In this document: one piece after another, positions 36,001-45,100 of the stretch
Position numbering within the stretch: position 1 is the stretch's first letter
Layout: each line of letters starts with the position of its first letter
From: Marsupella aquatica
Taxonomy: Eukaryota > Plantae > Marchantiophyta
DNA length: 64,000 nucleotides
Direction: 5' to 3'
Assembly: GCA_973895155.1 (NCBI GenBank)
Contig: OZ316896.1
Location: 21,393,543-21,457,542 of the forward strand
Notes under the pieces: generated by a model
Databases searched by the model: none
The model's input: the letters and a program-made list of their open reading frames with translations, nothing else
Told to the model about the DNA's origin: nothing
Translations under genes and position numbers: made by a program

Positions 36001-37906
36001 GAACAGGTGCCGAAGAGCAGCTGGCGATGTATGGTTGACAAATTTGTTGAAGTCGAATCATACAAAGGAGAGTGAGATATTGCCAATGACATTGGTGATG
36101 CATCTAGATGATATTTACTGTCAAAAGTTTGGCGGTGGGACAAGTTCTCGGACCCAGCCGTGGGTCACATTTTTTAGTACCAACCTAATGAAGACTGTGG
36201 ATCCGGAGTCGTTGGAAGAACAATCTCCAACATGCCCTCTTGCAATTGTTGATTTCAGCCGACTTCAGCAAAAAGAGTGGACTGAAGTAGAGATTTTGGT
36301 CCTCTTCCAATATATAGTAGAGCTACCACGGAATCCTACCATTGTTGTGATGATAACTGTCCATCCGGGTTATCTTGTACTGAATGTCCTAAGCGCTCTT
36401 CGTAAATTAGGACATTCAAAAACTCTGAGTATTCACATTGAGTATGGGAGTTATTACCGAGATGATCAACCTCACCCTCAGGACTCATGTTGGAAGGGAG
36501 GAATAGAAGAGGTTATCTTTGCCGGAATTTCTCGCGAGGAGAACGTCAGCTGGGATGAAGTGTTCAAGCCCAACCAAATGAAGCCAAAATGGGTGTACGG
36601 TGAAAAGGATATTGATTTCGTGGTTGAGAAGGTCAAGGGAAAGGGAAAGGCCAAGGACGCGGAGGAGGAGTCATTGCATGAAGATCTAAAAAATATGATG
36701 ACCCCAGAAGAGGCGGCAATCCTTTTGCACATGGCACCTCGATTTGAGACTGTCGGCGCTCGGGGTGGGTGGGTGAATCCTCACGCCAAACCCACACGGA
36801 TGATCCAAAAGATCATCCAAACACTGTCCGAGCTGGGGGATTTGATTCTTGACTTTTTCTCTGGCGGTCAAGTGATGAAGGCATCCCTTTTTTCTCAACG
36901 TGAATGTTTTGTTTATTGTGACTCTCAACATGAGAGACATTTTGTGGAAGCATACGCTTCGTTCCTTTGTGAGAAGGTTCCCACCATCAAAGATCGTTAT
37001 GATCGCTATGTCGGTGGAAGTTCTAGACATTGGGAACCCTCTTCTGCCGCTGTTGCTATTGAGGATGAATCAGATGGTGATCAAGAAGATGGAGCTGACC
37101 AATCAGTCAAAGACGATGGGCCATCAGAGGCATACGTGAAGAATTTGGATGACTGAGTTGGCGAGGGTGAAAATATTGACCTTGTGGACGACGATATGAT
37201 TGTTGGATCTGCACCTTGTAGTTCACCAATTACAGATGCTGCCCCCATGGGCCCCAACGAGGGCCATTATGATGATAACTTGGATAGAGATGGTCTCCAT
37301 CCACAAGTGCCTGGACAAGAGATGGAAGTTGATACTTTTGAAAAACTTTCTTCAAACAACCTTCTCAATCAAGGTGCGGAGAGGCATGGTGAGTCCAATG
37401 AACTCGACACATTGGGATTGAGACCACAGCCCATCCAAATAGCTGACATTCCCGTGAATGAAGCAAGTGCATCCACGACTGCTGACAACCAGGCAGGTGC
37501 TTCAATTTGTCCCAATACACTCTTTTCCGCTTCTGATGACAAATTGGTGTTTGTTCGATCACAATCAAGAAGTCCCGTTATCCTTCCACTCTCAAAAAAG
37601 AAAGGGAAGAGAGTAGGATCAACTGGATATAAGTCACTTGAATATGATTGTCAATGTTACGTGTGGAAAAGTGGACCCGATGTAGGAACTGAAGTTGCGT
37701 TGGATGTTGCTCAATCAATTTTGAACAATGACTCGTACAAAAAGCACAAGAAAGATCCAACTTATAGAAGTGGAGAATTGGGATTGATAACTCCGGTTTG
37801 GTCTGCACCTTATTGGGTAGAGGAGAGTACCTCCGATGTCAATTATGAGATCCAACAAGAACTCGGTGATGATATCTTGATTGATGAATATGGATCGCAT
37901 TGTTAG
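33002..37906 (+). CDS. Transposon cargo gene: ParB/Srx-like domain fused to a beta-class N6A/N4C DNA methyltransferase-like domain (two premature stops in this copy)
   Basis: Proposed exons 33002-33131, ~33601-35183 and 35537-37906. Intron 35184-35536 is GT-AG with phase 0 at both ends; the first intron's acceptor is less certain. ORF pieces on either side of TAA 34626 and TGA 37154 are in the same frame. ParB-like segment: R.LN..HV..IAESM..NP...FLAVSGQHS..AA. MTase-like segment: NPHAKP...QKIIQTLSELGDLILDFFSGG..MKAS...R. Confidence 0.72.
33169..33503. repeat. Second cluster of the 21-bp palindrome (inferred intron 1 of the cargo gene)
   Basis: ggacagagatgatccctgtcc-like copies at 33169, 33232, 33257, 33359, 33387, 33454 and 33482. 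Confidence 0.88.
35206..35462. repeat. 4 x 78-bp tandem repeat, each unit carrying the palindrome variant (intron 2 of the cargo gene)
   Basis: ttggacagagatggtctctgtccaa-like copies; palindrome cores start at 35206, 35284, 35362 and 35440. Confidence 0.9.
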
Positions 37907-38529
37907 CCAAGGTCTAGATTGAGCGATGTGACCTTATCAATTTGATATAATATAGTCTGTATAATTATACTTCAAGTTTAACAATTAGAGCATCGTATAT
38001 GTAGTTTACGTCCTGAGGCAGAACTTGACGATGCACTTGTCACGTCACTTGCTAAAGCATTTGTAGGAAGGGACTATTCAGGTCCGCATAGAGAAAATCC
38101 CAGACACTTTTTGCGAGAGATTATAGCCATTAGGAACAACACCACCAAGTTTCAGCTCCTTGAAGATAAAGGGACTTGCAACCGTGACACTAGGGTAGAT
38201 AGTAAAGGAGACAGGGGCACGTGCTCAAATACACATTGTAAGGAGCACTTTGTTTAGAGATATGACTCATGTTAAGCCCCTTAGATAGAAGAAATACATT
38301 GTAAATTTGGAGATAATTGTATATTATTTTATAATCTATTTGGAGTTATGTCATTTTGTTCACACATATTCAAGGGTTTATTTGTGATGAAATGTTTTTA
38401 TAAGTATGATCTCTATCCTACTATTCTTTGTGAATTCATAAATAATGATCTCTATCCTATTATTCTTTGTGAATCAATAAATGATATAATATGTATTATT
38501 TATTAATATAATACTTATATGATTTGGCC

Positions 38530-38612
38530 TATAAAGTGTACATTTAGAGACCAAAAAGTGTACATTTGGGTTTCTTAAAGTGTACATTTGGGGACATGAA
38601 AGTGTACATTTC
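38530..38612 (+). repeat. Right subterminal repeats (AAAGTGTACATTT x4)
   Basis: Four copies next to the right TIR, on the same strand as the left array. Confidence 0.88.
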
Positions 38613-38666
38613 AAGACTGATTTGTGAACAAAAGAAAATACACTTTTAATGAATAGGCTGATGTAT

Positions 38667-39683
38667 ACGAAATCAGTCAAGAATGATGTATTTGGTTTCA
38701 TCATTATGGTTATCTATGTGGATGACATGTTGATTGTGGCTAAAGATCAATCTGAGGTTGACAGTCTCAAGGCGAAATTGAGTGTTGAATTCATGATGAA
38801 GGATCTTGGTAAGGCCAAGAGAATCTTAGGGATGGAGATTTTTAGGAACTCTGAGACTGGACAGTTGTGCTTGAGTCAAGGCCAGTATGAGAGGAAAGTA
38901 CTTGCACGATTCAACATGGAAAATTGTAAGCCAGTGAGTATTCCTTTAGCTTCACATTTTAAGTTATCATTGGCTTTCTCTCCTACGGATGCTGTGGAGA
39001 AAGGTCTGATGGCTAAGATTCCTTATGAGAAGGCAGTAGACAGTTTGATGTATTTGATGACTTGTACTAGGCCTGACTTGGCCCTAGCGATGGGCAAGGT
39101 TAGCAGATTCATGTCAAATCCATGGAAGATACATTGGGAAGCTGTGAAGTGGATTCTCAGGTATTTGAAGGGAACACATGACTATGGATTACTATTTGAT
39201 AACAGATCAAATAGAACGTTAGTTGGCTATGTAGATTCTGACTATGGAGGCTGTCTGGATACAAGGAGATCTACAACTGGGTTTGTATACACTCTTGGAG
39301 GAGGATGTATCAGTTGGAAATCTATCTTGCAGAAGTGCATATCTCAGTCTACTACAAAAGCAGAGTATGTTGCAGCAGCAGAAGCTGCAAAGGAAGCAAT
39401 TTGGTTGGATAAGTTGATCGCGGATATGGGTTTAGAGCATGGAAAAATGACTCTAAACTGTGATACTCAGAGTGCTCTTCACTTGGCTGCTAACCAGGTG
39501 ATGGATAGCAGGGTGAAGCACATTGATATCAAGTACCATTTTATCAGGCAAGTAGTGTCTGATAAAACTTTTGAGCTAGTCAAGATTGATGGAAAGCTCA
39601 ATCCCGCTGATGCTTTTACCAAAGTGATTCCTTTGGAGAGTTTCTCAAGACACCGTGCTACTTTGCAGGTTTTGCAGTTGTAG
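38667..39683 (+). pseudogene. Copia pol, 3' part (RT catalytic YVDD and RNase H)
   Basis: IYVDDML, MKDLG..KRILGM, TRPDLA, GYVDSDYGG, RRSTTG, CDTQSA and KHIDIKYHFIR. Confidence 0.95.
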
Positions 39684-39879
39684 TGCAAGTAGAGTTATTT
39701 AGCAATGTGTGACTATTTGTATATGGATTACTTATTCCTGTTAGGCTACAGCTTAGTTCTAGTTAACCCTTAGTTAACCCTTGTGGTTTTTAGGGGGAGA
39801 CCTGGTTTGGTGATTGTCTAGAACTTCCCGCTGAGGATTCCATATGGTAGCATTTAGTCCAGTCCCCAAGACAAGAGTC

Positions 39880-39890
39880 AAGGGGGAGTT
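39880..39890 (+). promoter_or_regulatory. Polypurine tract
   Basis: AAGGGGGAG(TT) immediately before the 3' LTR. Confidence 0.9.
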
Positions 39891-40234
39891 TGTTAGATAT
39901 TGCTCTAGTCTTGTGACTCTTGTGCTAACCATAGTTAGGCTAACTCGGGTTAGGACCTAGCTAAGGTTAGCGGTAGTGCTGTTATGCATATAGCCAGGGC
40001 TGATGCCAGACCCTGGTGGAACTTAGGCTCATTGTTACGGAGCTAGTTGAGAGATAGGGAGAGCTTGTGTTGTGGATGCTTGGTATGGCCGGTCGGCCTA
40101 GAGTGCAGTAAAGCTCTTGTGTGTTCCCGTGGACGTAGCCTCATGTGGAGGTGAACCACGTATCTCTCTGTGTCGACTATTGTGCGTTGGATGGTTCATG
40201 GGCTTGCTGTTGCGAATGTCGTCTATGCTCATCA
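39891..40234 (+). repeat. 3' LTR (344 bp)
   Basis: tgttag...ctcatca, near-identical to 21740-22083. Confidence 0.95.
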
Positions 40235-42120
40235 GTAACCCTAGATCAGACCATCATTTTCTAAACATTGAGTCACAAGTGGCAAGCTGGGAAATGTCAG
40301 GGTCAGGAGAGTGGAAACTTTACTGCAGGGGGTGGTGGGAAGGAGTGATAAAGTCACCATCTGACCTTGAGGAGTGGTTGCCACCAGAAGTCCAATTTGG
40401 CAACAACAAAATCCTTTGTTAGAGTAGCCAACAATATCTTGAGGTAAGTATTTGGTGAACATATTCCCCAGTAAAACATGCTGGTCTTTAGTGTACAGCA
40501 ACAAGTTTGGAAGCCCATGGACAAATGTACTTCACTTCTGCACAATTGAAATTGAATTGGCCTTTCAATCTTCAAGCATAGGTTTTCAATTGTGCAGAGT
40601 GTCTGATTGCGTTGACAAACTGGTGAAGTTTGGGGGGCTCTATGGCAACATCAAACAGACAATTCTCCTTGTTTTTCTGTTCCCTAAGAGTCTTCTAACA
40701 GGGTCCTTAATCTAAGTGTCCCATTTCTTTGTGACGTGAAGTTCATTGGTTCTTCACCTGCTTCTCTCTCCTCTCAAATTTACATGGTGCGGAAACTTTT
40801 CTTCTCTGCCTCCACCAACTGCAATTTCCTGATGCATGAAATGAAGGTGTCAGAAGATGAGTGCTTTCTGAGCAGCAATCACACCATCCCACTCTAAAAG
40901 AACCTATTGGAATTGGTTCATTTTCTTAAATCTGATGAATATTATGAGGTCCGCTAGAGGACTTTGTGCTGAAGCGGAAGGAGATAAGTGGGCACCAAAA
41001 AACATATGATACCCTATTTTCAAAGAAAGGCAGTTGAATAGACAACCCCTACTAGGTTTAGTAAATTTAATTTAATTTCCAAAAAAATTCTACATTTTTT
41101 TAAAGATTCAAATGAAAAAATGGTTACATTAAGTTTCTTTCACCCCTGCTCTTTGTAGTTGGGGATAATCCCATCTTTGTCTCTATCTAGTTCCGTTCAA
41201 GTAATGGGTAAATCACTCTAATGCTAACATTCCATTCCTTCTTTCCTGTCTCCTTTTAGGCAGTTGTTAGGTTTTGGTTGGGGTCCCTTTGCTTTGTTTT
41301 TCTTGGGGCCCTTTCCCCTCTTTTCCTCCTCTTCATTGGATTGCTTTGCCTTTGGGACCATGTCTCCCTGTTGGCCTGGCAGTTTTCTGCCTTGTGCAGT
41401 GTGACATATCGTTGGTTTGGAAGTCATGGGTCCTCTTTCCTTTCTCTGGGGGGTGGGTGCTCCCTCTTTTCTGCCCCCCTTTATATTGGTTTTTTCCTCT
41501 CCCGTCTCTTCCTCTCAGACAGGTTTATTGTTCTGTTTCTTTCGTGCAATAAAGTTTCTGGCCTTGGCCTATCTCCAAAAAGAAGAAGAAAAAACAAAGA
41601 AAGGAAATAAGGGTAATCAGGCTAATGCTAACAATTAATGATGACACTGGGTCCTGCTGCTGGTTGGAATCTGGCCGTCTGTCTGCCTCTCTCTCACCAC
41701 CACGTGGTGACGCCCTCAGCAATTCGCGCTACTCTCTTGTAGTTCAACGAAGCTATGGGAAGTTCCCGCCTGTCGAGTGGAAGCAAAGTCATACTGCAAA
41801 GAAAGAAGGGACGAAGCTGAAAAAATGACGGAGAATGAACGACATTCTCGAGAGCCAACAAGCATTGCTGGAATTCGAATTATGCTAGTGGACTGAAGCT
41901 CACAGATTTGCCCCTCTACAATCGTGTCGATGCGTTTTGTGAGGTACATGATTGTAACGTTAGGTGGGACTCGAGTGACGAGTTGGGTTCTGGCGTTGTG
42001 GGTGGGCCGAGCTATCATGGCCCGGATTGATTTGATGTGACGAGGAAAGAGGGGTCTGGGTTGGTGTCACTGCAGGAAGTGATCGAGCTCCCTCAGGATC
42101 GGAGCGGAGCTGAGGTGAGG

Positions 42121-45100
42121 ATGGATCGGTTCTTGAACAGCTTGAGTGAGAGTTTTGAGACCTTCTCCGACTACCGGCCCCAGCTGAAGGTCCCTAAGTG
42201 GAGCATCCTCGGAGGGGGCCTGGTGTCGCTCGTGAGGGACCGGCTGAAAACCCCCCGGCGTGCCAAACGAGATGGATTGCCGCTCTTGTTACCGTCGCCT
42301 TGGCACCCATCCGTCACGTGAGTATTCATCTTTGTTGTGCGTCGGTCAGTCTTGTCTGCAGCTTCCTTTTGAGTCCCCATTAAGGTTTTATGATGGGTTT
42401 ATTTATGTAACATCATCAAGAAACGTCGTCTCTTGTTTGTTGTGGCTTCGAAGTCTGCCCAATTGCATGCATGAGCTGTAGCGTGCCAGCCGAGTAGCAG
42501 GATGAAATGATTCGTGGGGACATCACTTGTCCTTCCTGTCTCATTTCAGCCATTTTTCGTACCATAGGTTTGCTACTGCATTAATTGTAACTCGGCATTT
42601 GTAATCTGTTTTAGGCTCATTGATCGTTTAGGTCCTCACAATTGAGGCCGAAGTCGTGATTACTCTGGCAAATCTCGAGGCAAATAGCTTGTAGCCAATG
42701 GTGATAGACAGCAGTCATTCACATCACCAGTAAATCTGCCTTGGAATACTTTATGGGGCAATTCGGTCAGGACGACTTGATTCGACTTTTTGTGGTTTAC
42801 TGTCTATTTCCTGATTTTCTTCTACCCGTTGTAGATTCCTTCATGAATTTACTCTGCTCAAGGTTTGAGTTAGGAAATGGAGCCACATTGTGCACGCTTC
42901 TCATCAGGAAAGGCGAGAGTATGGTTTCTAATTCAGGGTTTATGCTCCGCTCGCATTACGAAATGATGGCATGTTTCGTTGTTTAAAGATCTGTTGGATG
43001 ATGGAAAGCTATGGAAGGAGAGCGTTTCTGAAAAGTTCACTAGCATAGTATGTAAACCGTGAAGCTTGTTGGGTCTATCAGTGGGGAGCAAGCTGCCGAG
43101 GTCGAAAAAGTTATGGAGGCCTTGAGAGATTTTTCAGCTGATTTGCTCTCACTGTTAAATTATGTATGTGGTCATTTAAATTTCTGGCGGGAATGCAATG
43201 AGGTATTTGCCTTCTCTCTGGAGCCTGTTACTCCTTTACTAATTCATTCTTCATCTAGAGATCTAAGAGTTTCAGTCGCCCATGGTCTTAATCCGACTCT
43301 AATGTGTGAAGTGGAAGATACCAATTTCGTATGTTTTGCAAAGTTTGTTGTTTTATTCATTTATAGGCTTGTCAAGTGATGGCTTCTCACGCAGGCCCTT
43401 AGTGCTCTGTACGCTTTCTTGCTAGCAATCACCTGGAAATATCCTGACGGGTTGATATTGATTGTACAGGCCACAGATGGAGCTAAAGTTAAGTTTATGC
43501 TACTTGAGAGGGGCCCATGGGCATTTGTAGTGGGTGCTGCACGACTTTTGCGAGCTTCGATTCGCGAAGAGTCCCTAACAAAGGCAATCCATTTATTTGT
43601 ATCGACGCGAATCTCATCACGCGTTGCTGTCCTCACTGCTGTACAATGTAGGCTTGCAACTCTTCTTGGCCTGGTTAGTGCACAGAAAAACCCCAATGAT
43701 GAGTAATAGAGTTTCCGCTCTTGAATGCCTTTTGACATTTTGATAATCGTCCCAATCACGGTCAGATGTTCATTCTCAGCTGATGGTTTGGTCATCCCTA
43801 GTCACATTTCCGTGGTATAAATTTCTAGCTACCTTTCTTTATCTGTTCAGGTTCATATGGAGGCTGACAGACTAGGAGCGGAGTTGACTAAAGGCAATAA
43901 TGTCCGACCGGCAATTTCGGCGTCACTCTTGGCTGTGTTCAAAGCACTAAGTGTTTTAGAAGGTTTATATGACCTACCTCAGGCAGGTGACTGGTTTACA
44001 AACTTCCGAAATTGCAGTCACTTCTCGTTCGTCTACTCTGTTTGTTCGCTTCGTTTTGAGTCAATTCCGAAAATGAAAAGGGACTCTCTTCTCATCCTTC
44101 TTCTGTGTTCGTCCGCTTCGAGTTAATTGTCATTTACGAGTCTTTCCAAATCTCAAAATTTTCATACCAGCTCTAGAAAACATAGAAAATTCTCCTCCAC
44201 AATAAAGAACAGCACATATCTTGACTACTTGACTGTTTTGCTGATTTGTGTCACAGTAGGAAGTATTGAATTGTGGATTTCACATGCGCTGAGAGTCTAG
44301 AGAACAACTAATTAAGTTCCATTGGTATTGATTGGCAAATAAAAACTTGACTAACCTGACTTCCTCAAATTCGATTATCTTCTCTTAATTCACGCCAAAG
44401 ATACATATTACAGGTGACAAGGAGACCTGTAGCCGCCCCACAAAATGAAGGGTATCCCTACTATCAATATGTCTAAGATTGGCTGCTGTCTGCAGTGCCT
44501 GAAAGTCGGCATAATGTTTCTCAATGTCGTGATTAATGAGGGTACCTTGAACATACTCCATCTCAAATGTGTCCCTTGATTTTGTCCGCGCAGACTGATA
44601 GCAATAGTTTTGACAACACAAGAACAACATCAAGTGTAAGCCTGCAATTTGATCACACCCCTCAGGAACTCGCGAGGAAATCAGAATGGACCGATACGGA
44701 CATAGAACTGGGTATTGAAGTACTGGCGCACAATCTGGAGTTGCTCCGATACATGATAGATTGCCTTGTGAGTACTCGGAAAAAGCATGGCAAAACTCGT
44801 CATAAATGTTCGTATCTTGCAAGTATAGTCAGAATGCTTGAACCATACTCAAATTGAAGAACGACAACTTGGTTTCATTTATGTGGCTCATGTCAGTATT
44901 TTCGAAATTGGCGCGTTTAAAACTTAATTTTCATTTCAATGATAGTATTAAAATTTCGCTTATTTGTGGCGGGTATGAGACCCGTATTTCAGCAGGAAAA
45001 CATTTGCGGATCTGATTTTGGGTGTTTTCTTAACAGATGCTACATCACCAAAAACCAAGCAAATTAGAAAGGAAATGGATACGCTACACTGCAAGTGCAG

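Larger units (their letters stand above)
26865..38662. mobile_element. 11.8-kb TIR DNA transposon, Sola-like (4-bp TSD, DDD transposase), with cargo gene
   Basis: Perfect 26-bp TIRs ATCAGCCTATTCATTAAAAGTGTATT (26865-26890 / 38637-38662) and TSD GTAT (26861-26864 / 38663-38666). Removing the element and one TSD restores the copia RT frame (YDPCVY|TKSVKN...YVDDML). The element itself is well supported; the superfamily assignment is an inference. Confidence 0.92.
21740..40234 (+). mobile_element. Ty1/copia LTR retrotransposon (decayed, interrupted by a nested DNA transposon)
   Basis: Two 344-bp LTRs, a tRNA-iMet PBS, gag-PR-IN-RT-RNaseH order (copia) and a PPT before the 3' LTR. Confidence 0.96.

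Noticed and set aside
33002-37906. Bacterial or phage contamination explaining the ParB-MTase
   Set aside because: The gene has spliceosomal introns and lies within TIRs and a TSD inside a plant retrotransposon.
40240-41000. LINE-like fragment after the 3' LTR
   Set aside because: Composition is suggestive only; there is no continuous recognisable domain.
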